From a virus (lineage: Duplodnaviria > Caudoviricetes), in IMG/VR virus record IMGVR_UViG_3300027759_000115, positions 1-55,025 of that record: a stretch of 55,025 nt of DNA. One strand, 5' to 3'. The number at the start of each line of letters is the position of its first letter. Positions within the stretch are counted from its first letter, which is position 1. Positions 44,584 through 54,593 of this stretch are shown one piece after another. A program made the translations under genes and the position numbers. Under the pieces are notes generated by a model. It saw only the letters and a list, made by a program, of their open reading frames with translations. It was not told the origin of the DNA and did not search any database.

Positions 44584-46217
44584 GGTTTTTTACCCTTTGA
44601 ATCTGATTTCCTTTTTTCTTTCATAGCTTGAATTGCTTCGGAATGCAATCTTTCTAATTTTTCTTGATCTTCTTTTGCTTTTTTATTTATTTCTTTAAAA
44701 TATGAAGACTGGGTCAAAATGTCGGTATACGGAGTTGGGCTCATTGTGTCCAGTTGTACTGGGTACTCTTTCACAATCTGATCATGCAGGGCTTTATTTT
44801 GTTTGAATGTTATGTAGTCTTTGGACAAATTAAGAAAAGCTGTAGCAGGGTTTTGACTTAACGATGCTTTAGTGCCATCCAAAATTTGTTTGTAAGCATC
44901 CTGTCCTTTTTCGGGTGTAATTCCTTGCGATGCAAGTTTGGCGTTTCCAACCACCAGCATGGCCCTGAGCATACGATCCGCAACCATTTGTTGCTCAGGA
45001 TTTAAACCGGCGGATAAAAAAGCGTTGACGGGCAAGTTTAAATTTGCCGTCATGCCGTTAAAATTTATTCCAAATCCAGCTTGTGCCGCTGATGCAAATT
45101 GATTCAGAAGAGTACCATCTTTGCGCAATAGGTTAAACACTTGCCTTGCCACATCTGGGTGATCGTTTAAAAGGCCAATGGCCGCTTTGTATTCGCTGTC
45201 CACTGACGTAAAGTTTGGCTCCTCAGACAACAGCCTCCATTGATTGGCGGTTGCTTCAGAACGTGCCTCTCTTATCTTTGCATTTTCCCTGTATTGCTCT
45301 TTCAGTGTTTCGCGCTCTGCATCAGATTTACCAGAAAGATCAGGGTATTTGAATAATGAGGGATAGGGCTTTAGCTTTTCATCTTTGACCGCTGGCGCAG
45401 GCCGACCAGGATTAAGCTGAGATTCCAAAGCTTCCGTAGCACGAGCACGCTCAACGGGGTCGGTAATGTTTGCAATGCCTTTGCGCACGCTATCAAGCGC
45501 ACCAGGGGCACTGAGGTCAAACATGCCAACCGGCGCATTGGATGGTGCTCCGGTGGCGGCAGGTGCGGCGGCAGGCCCCTCTGCGCCCGTTGGTTTTCCA
45601 CCCGGCAACAACGGTTGCGCCTCCTGGCGCAAAGACAACTGCCCCGGCAGGTTTGCCAAAAAGTCTTGCTCTGCCTTGGACAGCGACATGCCCTTGGCCT
45701 GTTTCATCTGGATAGCGTCCAACATCAGGCGTTGCTGTGACGACGTGAACTCCAGATCCTTACGCTGACCCTCATAGGCCGCTTTGACGGCCTCCGCAAC
45801 CGGCGTCTGTGGGTTGAGCGAAAACAACCTTGTGAAGGTGGCCTGATCCATGGGCTTGCCACTGGAGCGCCATTTCTCATACTCATCCGCTTGTGTTTTG
45901 TTTGCACCAGTCAGAATCTTGGACTGTGCAAGCTGTGTGCGCATCTGGGCGATGGGAAGCTCTGCTTCACGGCGTCTTTCTTCGGTTTCACCCAGGGATT
46001 GGGATGCACTGCCCAGGGACGCAAGAAAACCGCCCAATTGGGGCTTGGCAAAGCCTGCGGCCACGTTGAACCAGTTGGGCTGGGCATAGCGTTGCTCAAG
46101 CGCCTTGATCTGTGCATCAAGCGACTTCTGGTACTCCTCCAGATCCGTCTGGGAAGCGCCAACAGGGTTGATCTTTGCGGGGTCTGTGACCAGACTCAAA
46201 GGTGATTGGGTTGCCAT
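44580..46217 (-). CDS. Putative DNA ejection / internal virion protein
   Basis: 545 aa helical; PNWFNVAAGF.KPQLGGF N-terminal motif. Confidence 0.55.
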   Translation of the reverse strand: MATQSPLSLVTDPAKINPVGASQTDLEEYQKSLDAQIKALEQRYAQPNWFNVAAGFAKPQLGGFLASLGSASQSLGETEERRREAELPIAQMRTQLAQSKILTGANKTQADEYEKWRSSGKPMDQATFTRLFSLNPQTPVAEAVKAAYEGQRKDLEFTSSQQRLMLDAIQMKQAKGMSLSKAEQDFLANLPGQLSLRQEAQPLLPGGKPTGAEGPAAAPAATGAPSNAPVGMFDLSAPGALDSVRKGIANITDPVERARATEALESQLNPGRPAPAVKDEKLKPYPSLFKYPDLSGKSDAERETLKEQYRENAKIREARSEATANQWRLLSEEPNFTSVDSEYKAAIGLLNDHPDVARQVFNLLRKDGTLLNQFASAAQAGFGINFNGMTANLNLPVNAFLSAGLNPEQQMVADRMLRAMLVVGNAKLASQGITPEKGQDAYKQILDGTKASLSQNPATAFLNLSKDYITFKQNKALHDQIVKEYPVQLDTMSPTPYTDILTQSSYFKEINKKAKEDQEKLERLHSEAIQAMKEKRKSDSKGKKP

Positions 46218-46237
46218 TGTGTTTCCTTCAGAATCTT

Positions 46238-47428
46238 TTATTCATTGGGGTTTACTAAGCCCGGATCGGCTGGCTCTAGGTTTCTGTAGTGATACCCAGT
46301 ATCTTCATATTCATCTGGAAGAGTGGGAGTTGGTAAGTTTGGATAGGGTAATTCAAACTCATCTGGAAGAGTGGGATTTATCATTGGCGGCAATTCAGGA
46401 TTTTCAAATTCATTATCCAAAATGGGCCTTGTCGGTAATCCGGGGCCGGGTGGTGTTGGCGTATTGAATTGACCCTTGATCTGATCAAACAGCGAAGTGC
46501 CTTTGATCGGATTTCCAAAAGAATCCAATTTCTGCGTGAACAAGCCAGCCGCACCAGCGCCAATCGTACCAAGCGCAGACAACGGTGACATGTTGAGCTT
46601 GGTTTCTGTGGTGGTCGGGATCTGGTAGCCCTGCATGATGTTCGACAGTTGAGCCAAACGGGTCAATGGGAACAATTCTTGTTGCTGTTGGATCTGACGC
46701 TGTTGCTCACCCATGGTGGACAAGGCATTCACAGCACCCAAACCAAGGTTTTGTTGGGTACCAGCCAAGGCACCCATCTGCTGGCCAATTGCGCCCAGGT
46801 TTTGCTGGCCCTGAGCGGCCTGTTGGCCTGCGGTAGACCCCAACTGCCCAAGCATTTGATTTTGGGCTGTAGCGGCCTGCAAAGCCTGTCCATAGCCCTG
46901 ATTCATCAATTGGGCGATCTGGCTGTTCAGGTTCTGCCGCTCATTTGCTTGCAACTGCCCCAATACCTGGGCACCACGCATGGAACCGTATTGGCCAGAA
47001 CCCACTGCGGCGGCAGTGGCGTTGGGTGACACGTTTTGCTGGATGTTGCGCTCGGCAATGTCCGACAAGCCCTGGGCGGCAGTCCGCGCATAGGGGTTCA
47101 TGAATTGGCTTGCCATCTCAGCCGGGTTGTAGCCTGCCGCTTGACTCAGGTACTGGGCACCAGCCTCCAAGGGCGACACGGCCCCCGCGGCTTGGCCAAG
47201 TGTCTGGCTGGCCTGGGTAAGCTGTGGCACATACGAGCTACCGGCACCGGCAACCTGTTGGAAGGCTTGCTCCTGAAGGGGCTGGGCTCCGACATACTTG
47301 GCAGTTTGGACTGGCTGACCCAACCCTGCGGCCTGGGAACCAGTGGTGGCCAGATTGCTCAGGTACTGGTTGTAGAAGCTTGGTGCGGTAGTCGCTTGTG
47401 TTTGACTGGACTCGAGCAAATTTGCCAT
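46238..47428 (-). CDS. Putative DNA transfer (pilot-like) protein
   Basis: Q/A/G-rich, FMNPY, G.YGS.RG; P/E-rich tail. Confidence 0.6.
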   Translation of the reverse strand: MANLLESSQTQATTAPSFYNQYLSNLATTGSQAAGLGQPVQTAKYVGAQPLQEQAFQQVAGAGSSYVPQLTQASQTLGQAAGAVSPLEAGAQYLSQAAGYNPAEMASQFMNPYARTAAQGLSDIAERNIQQNVSPNATAAAVGSGQYGSMRGAQVLGQLQANERQNLNSQIAQLMNQGYGQALQAATAQNQMLGQLGSTAGQQAAQGQQNLGAIGQQMGALAGTQQNLGLGAVNALSTMGEQQRQIQQQQELFPLTRLAQLSNIMQGYQIPTTTETKLNMSPLSALGTIGAGAAGLFTQKLDSFGNPIKGTSLFDQIKGQFNTPTPPGPGLPTRPILDNEFENPELPPMINPTLPDEFELPYPNLPTPTLPDEYEDTGYHYRNLEPADPGLVNPNE

Positions 47429-47430
47429 TT

Positions 47431-50196
47431 TTAACCTTTCACCATCTTGAGGTAGTCAAGAGGAGATTTTGCCTTTGGAGGGATTTTAGATGTAGGAGCC
47501 GATCTTTTGTGCGCTCGGATTTCCTCTCTCATTGCATCAAGCATTTGCGCACCTTTTTTGTTGTCGCCACCACCCAGTGCAGTTACCAGGGGCTCGGGGA
47601 AGACATATTCACCGTCAGCAATCTTGGCGGGGACGGCGTTGCCACCCTCCTTGTACTGATGGGGCACCTGACCCTGGAAGTTGGCCAAAGTCAAGGCACC
47701 AGCCTTGCTCGACCCATCCCCCAGTGCCGCCACGGTGTCGGCGTCCATGACATAGTCCCCATCATGGAGCATTGCTGGGATGTCATCGGACTGCCCAGTA
47801 CCCCGCCCATTGGCGTAGAACCCGGTTAAACCGGTGATGAATTCAGGGTTGTGACCCTTGGGTGCCGCCTTGGCATATTTCTCTGGCAAACCGCCCTTTG
47901 CGTGGCCGACCAACCCCTGTTTAAGTTGGGGGAGCTTGGCAGGTTCGGTAGAGGTGGCTTTGCGTGAACCCATGGACAAAAACGGGTTTTTGCTTTCAGC
48001 AAACTTGGGCAAAGACTTGTCCAATTCAGATGAAAACTGGGATAAAACACTGCTCACAGAAGATCCCTGTGAGTATTCCTGAGGGGCAATACCTCGATCA
48101 GCCAGCACGTTCATCAATGTGGGGTCTACGTTGTCATAAAGCTGTTTCAACGGCTGGAATGGGTTCATGACAGATGGCGCTTTTTTGGTTTCCAACATCT
48201 GAGCTTTTGTGTCCAGCCATGGGATATTGCCCATGGTATTTTGTTGGGTCGCAGGCAAGCCACCAGTTGGAGTGGTTGAAGTGGTTGGGGTAGTCGAAGT
48301 GGTTGGGGTAGTCGAAGTGGTTGGGGTAGTTGTTGGTGTTGCAGTCGGCGTTTTAGGATTAATTGGCGTAGAGGGCAACGGTGAAGTTGGTTTGGTTGGA
48401 TCATCAGAAACAGGCACGCATGATCGGCTTTCCAAGTCATACACATACCCATCAGGGCATTCAATAGGCTCTGGTGGTTCATCCTCATCTGCCACGCACA
48501 TACTGCCATTCCAGTGGTACCCCGGTGCGCAGTCCTCAGGGCCTTCTTCAGGAGGTTCCTCGGGCGGCTCCTCAGGAGGCTCCTCAGGAGGTAATTCAGG
48601 TGGTGGCTCTTCGATGGGCAATGCGCCTATTGGTTCAACAGGAATTTGATCGTCAATGGGCAAAGCCCCAATCTGCTTCTTTTTGTTTTCTTCATCTATG
48701 CGATTTTGCTCATCAATAGCGGCTTGTCGTGCGGCGGCTTCCGCATCTAACCTGTTTTGCTCATCAATAGCCTTTTGCCGTGCATCAGCTTCTGCATCAA
48801 GTCTATTCTGCTCATCAATGGCTCTTTGTCGTGCGGATGCCTCCGCATCTGCCCTGTTTTGAGCATCGATCTCAGCCTGCCGCGCAGAATCCTGAGCGGC
48901 TGTGGTTTTCATGTACTGATCAAAACTTTGATTCAATTCATCTTGGTTTTGTACATACGCAAAGTTGTTCAACTCTTCCGGTGTTGCGTCCCGCCCATAA
49001 TTTGATTGAAACTTAGCGTTTGCATCCATGCCATTTTTGATGGCCTGCAAACCAGATGTGGTTGCCGCAAGCAAGGCGGCTTTGCTTGGATCTTTACCAC
49101 TCAACTCAGCACGCAAAGTGGCATTGAAAACCTTTTGAACGCTTGGGGGAAGCTGTGAAAAACCGTCAATCTTCCCCATGATCGTGCCGACAGCGCCACC
49201 AACCCCGCCATTGACAAAGGCCGCAAGCGGATCACCTCCGGTTAAACCGGCAACAACAGCATTTCCCGCCGCACTGCCAACAATGCTATTTGCAACAGCA
49301 CCCATATCCACGGCACTGCCCAAAGCTCCACCCACATAGTCGGCAACATACGGCGCGGCCATGATGGTGCCAATGGTGGTTGCGGCTTTGTTCCAGTCCC
49401 CAGTGTAGGTTGCCTCGCCAGCGGCCCTGGACATTGTGTATATCGCGCCCGTGCCTGGGCCAGCAAACACATCCAACAATATGGGCGTCAGTGGGCCAAG
49501 TTCTTTCAATGCGCCTCGGGCCATATCAGCAAATGGCCCTTGGTACTTGTAGTAGGCGTATTGACCCAATCCACCTGTACGACCATCTGCCGTTATCCAA
49601 TCTTGCTGAACACGCTCACCGCCTGGGGCAAGTTTTGGCTGGGTAATGTATGAAATTGGAGCGCCAACTTGCATACTTGGGTGAGGGTTCCCAAGGCCAA
49701 GAATAGGTGGATTGTTGGCGTCAATTTTGTAGCCGCCATGAGTGTTAAGACCAAGCTTATTCCAATCATCAACCGACCAAACATAGCCATTGGGGTTCAT
49801 TACACTTTGCATACCCTCCGGTAAGCTGTACTGAACGGCATTCTTGAACGTGGCAGGATTAAGAAATTGTTGGGTGTAAAGCTGGTATCCATCGCTTGTG
49901 ACTAAGCCTTTTTTGACATAGTCATCGGGTATAAAAACATATTCTTTACCGTCAACCCCGGTAATGTTTGCGTATTTGCCCTCGCCATCCCAATAATTCC
50001 ACGTTGGTTTATTGCTAGCCGCAGTTGGCAGTTCTGAGTTGAGGTACTTGGCGCTTTCAGCTTTTTTTGCTTTTAGCTCTTCCGCTTTCTTTGCTTGCGC
50101 CGCTTCATACTCTCTTGCTACACGCGCATCATTTTCCGCATGTTGCGCCGCAAGATCTGCATTGATTTTGTCGATTGCCGCTCTTAGATTGCTCAT
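47431..50196 (-). CDS. Large internal virion protein with repeats and a duplicated C-terminal SDDIPAML/DGEYV domain
   Basis: 921 aa; A/G-rich hydrophobic region, 17-aa repeats, EEPP and TTPTTS repeats, two DG[DE]YV...ALG.G modules. Confidence 0.65.
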   Translation of the reverse strand: MSNLRAAIDKINADLAAQHAENDARVAREYEAAQAKKAEELKAKKAESAKYLNSELPTAASNKPTWNYWDGEGKYANITGVDGKEYVFIPDDYVKKGLVTSDGYQLYTQQFLNPATFKNAVQYSLPEGMQSVMNPNGYVWSVDDWNKLGLNTHGGYKIDANNPPILGLGNPHPSMQVGAPISYITQPKLAPGGERVQQDWITADGRTGGLGQYAYYKYQGPFADMARGALKELGPLTPILLDVFAGPGTGAIYTMSRAAGEATYTGDWNKAATTIGTIMAAPYVADYVGGALGSAVDMGAVANSIVGSAAGNAVVAGLTGGDPLAAFVNGGVGGAVGTIMGKIDGFSQLPPSVQKVFNATLRAELSGKDPSKAALLAATTSGLQAIKNGMDANAKFQSNYGRDATPEELNNFAYVQNQDELNQSFDQYMKTTAAQDSARQAEIDAQNRADAEASARQRAIDEQNRLDAEADARQKAIDEQNRLDAEAAARQAAIDEQNRIDEENKKKQIGALPIDDQIPVEPIGALPIEEPPPELPPEEPPEEPPEEPPEEGPEDCAPGYHWNGSMCVADEDEPPEPIECPDGYVYDLESRSCVPVSDDPTKPTSPLPSTPINPKTPTATPTTTPTTSTTPTTSTTPTTSTTPTGGLPATQQNTMGNIPWLDTKAQMLETKKAPSVMNPFQPLKQLYDNVDPTLMNVLADRGIAPQEYSQGSSVSSVLSQFSSELDKSLPKFAESKNPFLSMGSRKATSTEPAKLPQLKQGLVGHAKGGLPEKYAKAAPKGHNPEFITGLTGFYANGRGTGQSDDIPAMLHDGDYVMDADTVAALGDGSSKAGALTLANFQGQVPHQYKEGGNAVPAKIADGEYVFPEPLVTALGGGDNKKGAQMLDAMREEIRAHKRSAPTSKIPPKAKSPLDYLKMVKG
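48271..48330. repeat. 18 bp tandem repeat (TTPTTS) in a CDS
   Basis: GTGGTTGGGGTAGTCGAA about three times. Confidence 0.85.
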
Positions 50197-50585
50197 TACA
50201 GAACCACCTCTGCTCTATATGTGCGGTACTGCCCACCATCAATCTTTTCAATTGTGTGGGGCACGCCAAGCCATTTGTAAATGTTCATGAGCTTCAGATT
50301 ATCAAAATATGTTTCGGCCTTTTTGAAGCCTTCTTTGGACATGCAATCCAAAAACTCATGAAGGTTGGAAGCAAACTTTGTCCAGTGATCTGCGTTTGCA
50401 GGATGCCACTCAACCACATCGTCTTTGGGGATCACGGTAAACAGTGAGTTGCCGATCTTTTTGATCTGTCCCTTGGCGTCAAAAAGCATCGTGCCAGCGT
50501 AGTAGGCATCCAGCTTGTCTTCTTCGCCCTGGTAGTTCTTTGCCAAGTCAATGGCAAGGATTTCTTTGATGGTCATCTTTTCCAT
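50196..50585 (-). CDS. Hypothetical tail-region protein
   Basis: MEKMTIKE start after GAGGG. Confidence 0.65.
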   Translation of the reverse strand: MEKMTIKEILAIDLAKNYQGEEDKLDAYYAGTMLFDAKGQIKKIGNSLFTVIPKDDVVEWHPANADHWTKFASNLHEFLDCMSKEGFKKAETYFDNLKLMNIYKWLGVPHTIEKIDGGQYRTYRAEVVL

Positions 50586-50586
50586 G

Positions 50587-50820
50587 TTATCCCTCAAGCA
50601 CCATGATTCCACACATGGCCATGGCCCAGTCCTGCCAATCGGTGTATGTGCGGTGATCTGGTATTGCAGATTGCGTGAAAAACCCAATACCGTTTATGCC
50701 ATCAACCCAATTGCGCCATAGATCCTCGGGCACATTGCCGATCTGTTGGGGGGCAAATAGCTCCTCCATCAGCTTGCAATATTGCTCCCAGGTCATACCA
50801 CGAGGGTCGTAGGTGATCAT
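50587..50820 (-). CDS. Small Trp-rich tail-region protein
   Basis: DPR.MTW..Y...W..W...WQDWA; ATGA-coupled. Confidence 0.7.
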   Translation of the reverse strand: MITYDPRGMTWEQYCKLMEELFAPQQIGNVPEDLWRNWVDGINGIGFFTQSAIPDHRTYTDWQDWAMAMCGIMVLEG

Positions 50821-52835
50821 GGGTTGCCCGTTCCACGGACATCGCCGGTTTCCAATGACAACAAGATACGACCGGCAAAGTAATTGCCGTTTTGGGTGTT
50901 GCTTCCAAAGCGCAAACGCATCTCACGGCGTTGCTCACGCATGTCCACCTTCAGTGTGGTGTCGTCAAAGTAGTATGGATCAGACGGCTGGTCTGTGTCG
51001 TCAGCATAGCCCTTGCCAGTGACTATGAGGTACATCTGCTGGGCCTGTACAAAGTCAGGCTCAACCCGCTCACAGCGTGTCCACAGGTTATCCCCAGCGC
51101 CCTGGTTGGAGCCGACCAACCCGGTCATGGCACCCAGCGTGGGGGTTTCAAAGAACGAGTCAATGGCGTTTACCGTGTTGAGGTAGATCTGGTTGGTGCC
51201 GGTTTCATGTTGCCACATGGTGTATTTGCCGGTGCTGTTGGCCTCCGTACTGCCCCACACGGGGAAGCGGAAGACCTCGGAAAAGGTGCCTGCTGAACGA
51301 CGAGCGCCCAGGGCCTCACCGGCGTCATACCAGCACTTCTCACGCACGTTGTAGATGATCGCATCCGTGCATTCGGTTGCATCCCCGCGGGGGTAGAACC
51401 ACCAGACCTCGCCCCAGCGCGGAACCTTGGTACACCATACTTTTTGCCGCTGGTTGTAATTGACGTTGTCAAAGAACCAGTTCATGTTTTGCGTGTTTGG
51501 AACCTCTTGGACAACACCGTTGTACATCAGGAAGCGATCCACACCAGCCCAATAAAAGATGCCGTCATACTCCACCACGCACTGGCTGGACATGATTGAA
51601 GACTGGCTGGTTATCAGGTCATACCGCCAGTAGAAGGTGGCACCGCCCACGGTTGTGGGGCTGTAGGACACCCTAACCACTGAATCTGTCGTCCAAAACA
51701 ACCCGGCAGGAGAGGTGGTACCACCACGCAGTGGGAGGCCCTTGATCACCTTGCCGGTGGACACTGAGGTTTCGTTGGCGTCCGCCGCAGTCCAATTGTT
51801 GAAGTCGCCTGCGGAACAGTTCTTGATCAACCCGTAATTGCCATAAACAAACAAATACGGGTGCAACATCACCACCCCACCGGATATGGACACGTTGTTG
51901 TCAAAGGTCAGGGTCACGGTCGCAGATGCGGTGGCCGCTTGGCTCAAAACCGCCGTCCAAACGCTTGAAACGAGGGACGCCGACACCACGGTGGTGCCTG
52001 CCGGGATACCCGACCCAGTCACTGCAACCCCTGGCCCAATGGCCAAAATGGTCGTTGCAAAGGTCACACTGGTCGAGGCGTTCGTGGTGGTGCCAGAGGC
52101 CGTAAAAACGCCGACAGCGGCCACTGTAGCCCCTCCAAACACCCCAAACAGGGGTCTGGTGTTGATGGTGCTGGTGATGTCATTCAAATTCTGGCCGGGA
52201 TGGGCAATTATTTGGTTCACCCCACCGCCGGTGGAGTCGTATCCAATGTCAAACTGCCACAAGTTATCTGAGCTTGGGCTGAAGGTGGTCAGGGCGCTCA
52301 CAGTCCCCACAAACCCCGATCCAGTGCCACCAACGCTTGCGGCCAACACAGTCAATGTGTCGGTCAGAGCGTACCCAAAGCCAGCCGTTGTGATGGTCAC
52401 GCTGGCGATCTTGTTCAAAGCCACCACAATGGTCGCCAAGGCACCCGTTCCAGTACCGCCCTGGAGAGCTACAGCGGTGTAGGTTCCGTTGGTGTACAGC
52501 GACCCTGCGTTGGTGATTGTGACCGTCAGAATGGGGCCTGTTGGAAGGATGGGAGTGGGGCCAAACCCCACGCCATCATCGTTGTCAGTTGTCCACTGCT
52601 CCAACCCAGCGCTGTAGCCTGAAACCACATAGTTCAAGCCGTTTTGGGAGGACATGGTCATTCCACGGGATATGCCGGTGCCGTTCAGGAACATCCCACG
52701 GTACCCGCCCATCTTCCTTGGGAGCTTGTTTTGGAAACGCACCCATGAACCGTTCACATAGGACGGAGCATTGAATAAGGTTCCATCCCTTTGGATGCCG
52801 GGAAGGACGGTTAACTGAACAACCTTTGCGGTCAT
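50817..52835 (-). CDS. Tail nozzle / tubular protein B-like (DNA stabilisation) protein
   Basis: PGIQRDGT...WVRF...PRKMGG N-terminus, GEVWWFYP, beta-propeller-like composition. Confidence 0.7.
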   Translation of the reverse strand: MTAKVVQLTVLPGIQRDGTLFNAPSYVNGSWVRFQNKLPRKMGGYRGMFLNGTGISRGMTMSSQNGLNYVVSGYSAGLEQWTTDNDDGVGFGPTPILPTGPILTVTITNAGSLYTNGTYTAVALQGGTGTGALATIVVALNKIASVTITTAGFGYALTDTLTVLAASVGGTGSGFVGTVSALTTFSPSSDNLWQFDIGYDSTGGGVNQIIAHPGQNLNDITSTINTRPLFGVFGGATVAAVGVFTASGTTTNASTSVTFATTILAIGPGVAVTGSGIPAGTTVVSASLVSSVWTAVLSQAATASATVTLTFDNNVSISGGVVMLHPYLFVYGNYGLIKNCSAGDFNNWTAADANETSVSTGKVIKGLPLRGGTTSPAGLFWTTDSVVRVSYSPTTVGGATFYWRYDLITSQSSIMSSQCVVEYDGIFYWAGVDRFLMYNGVVQEVPNTQNMNWFFDNVNYNQRQKVWCTKVPRWGEVWWFYPRGDATECTDAIIYNVREKCWYDAGEALGARRSAGTFSEVFRFPVWGSTEANSTGKYTMWQHETGTNQIYLNTVNAIDSFFETPTLGAMTGLVGSNQGAGDNLWTRCERVEPDFVQAQQMYLIVTGKGYADDTDQPSDPYYFDDTTLKVDMREQRREMRLRFGSNTQNGNYFAGRILLSLETGDVRGTGNP

Positions 52836-54052
52836 TAAAACGCCCCGCCAAGGATACCGGCAGGCACCAAAAGCCCGGTGGTTGTGAAGGTGGCCGCATT
52901 TGCCCCTGCAACCGCAATACCAAACTGGTTGGATGCTGGCAAATACAAGCCCGTTGTTGCGTCCCCTACGAACGACAAAGATGGGTTTGCGGCTGTGCCG
53001 TTGCCAATGCTCAATGCATTGATGAAGCTTGATGTTGAGGTTTGAGCGTTGTAGACGTTAGTGCCATCGCAAATGGCAATGATCGTTTGACCCTGGGGCA
53101 GGATGATGGTTGATGCGCCAACAGACCCCGTCTTGAAGGTCAGCGTAAATGCCCCTGTGGTGTTGTTTTGCAAACTGTAAAGCTGAACCGTAGCGGGAAG
53201 GATCACATTACAGTTGGATGTGAGGACACCCTGGTATTCCTGAATGATGCTTGAAGCCTCGGCAGAAGTCAATGTCACCGTCCCGCCAGTGACGTTTTTG
53301 GTCAACTGGGTGAAGAAGAACGTGGCTGATCTGCCGTAGGCATAGCTGAAGTAATTGGTGCCGTTGGAGGCCACCACAAACGACTCGTCAATTTGAAGCT
53401 GTGCGCTGGCATTTCCATCAATGGTGTTGGCTCCATTTGTGGCAATGTTCAAAATGCCGGTGCCATCGTTTTTGATAATTACATACCAGCTTGCACCAAC
53501 GCCCGATGCGGATGGCAATGTCAAAGTCCCCGCACCACTTGACCACACATACATTGATGCGCGATCAGAGGGTAAAAATGTGTAGTTGGAATACGAAAGC
53601 GTCACGGGCACACTGCTGTTCAGTGTGGTGTTGATTGCGGTTAAACCGAACCCGGCCAAGGTGGCGGCATTGGCCTGAGACACCCCAGCACCAAATGTCA
53701 CCGATGCCCATACCCCGTTTTGTGTGGAGTTGTTGGTCAAGTAAATGTACTGAGCAATACCTGATGCAACGCTGACCACGGTGGCCAGTGCAGGATTGGT
53801 CACTGTGAATGAGTTAGCACCAGTGTTTCGGATCAGCACTGATTGACCCGTAGATACTTCCGTTGCCGGTGGAAGAATAAGCTTCAAGTTGGCGACAGTG
53901 GCCGACACATCAATGATGTTTGCCACAACACTTGAGGTGTTGCCGTTGACTGGCCACTGCAAAGTGGTGTCGGCGGATATGGTCAGGCTCTCATAGCCCA
54001 CCTGGGATGGGCTGATGGTCTGGCCAGTGTAGGGATTTACATATGAGGTCAT
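52835..54052 (-). CDS. Tail structural protein
   Basis: 405 aa S/T/G-rich; TLTLP.A, DGTN, PSLSF.GD..TGLY. Confidence 0.7.
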   Translation of the reverse strand: MTSYVNPYTGQTISPSQVGYESLTISADTTLQWPVNGNTSSVVANIIDVSATVANLKLILPPATEVSTGQSVLIRNTGANSFTVTNPALATVVSVASGIAQYIYLTNNSTQNGVWASVTFGAGVSQANAATLAGFGLTAINTTLNSSVPVTLSYSNYTFLPSDRASMYVWSSGAGTLTLPSASGVGASWYVIIKNDGTGILNIATNGANTIDGNASAQLQIDESFVVASNGTNYFSYAYGRSATFFFTQLTKNVTGGTVTLTSAEASSIIQEYQGVLTSNCNVILPATVQLYSLQNNTTGAFTLTFKTGSVGASTIILPQGQTIIAICDGTNVYNAQTSTSSFINALSIGNGTAANPSLSFVGDATTGLYLPASNQFGIAVAGANAATFTTTGLLVPAGILGGAF

Positions 54053-54585
54053 GCTGATTCCTTCATGGCTTTTTGAATGGCTTTAGCGGCCCTCATTTTT
54101 GCCTTGGATTCTTCCGTGTGCTTTCTGCCGGTTTGAGCAACTTTCATTTTTGCCTTGGTTTCTGGTGAATGAAATTTTCCCAAACTGTTTTTATTACCCT
54201 TCAAAGCAATAGAACGCTTCATATTTGATTCTGCGCTACGGGTTTGGCCTTTTGCAGAATCTCGCATTTTTTGTTTTGATTCTTCAGAATAAACAAACCC
54301 AATCGTTCCTTCGCCGCCGTCCGTCAGGTTGTAACCATATGGGACTTTTGTATTTCGCTCTGCAATCAAAAGTCTTTCAATCATTTGCGCTGATTCCAAA
54401 TCAAATGCGTCTGCGATATGAGTGAATACAAAATTTTCTATGCCATAAATTTTGATTGATGCGTGCAAATACTTTGCTGTGCCATTCATCCTGCGATGTT
54501 GACCCCATCTTGCTTCCAAGCTTTTTGTTAGGCCAACGTATTGCTTGGAAGTAATTAAATTAGTGACGATGTAAATATGATGCAT
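54049..54585 (-). mobile_element. GIY-YIG homing endonuclease gene with NUMOD3 repeats
   Basis: HIYIVTN...YVG...RW..H...YG.ENF...E...GYNLT.GG; HSPETKAKM and HTEESKAKM repeats; AT-rich relative to flanks. Confidence 0.9.
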
Positions 54586-54593
54586 GTCAACTA

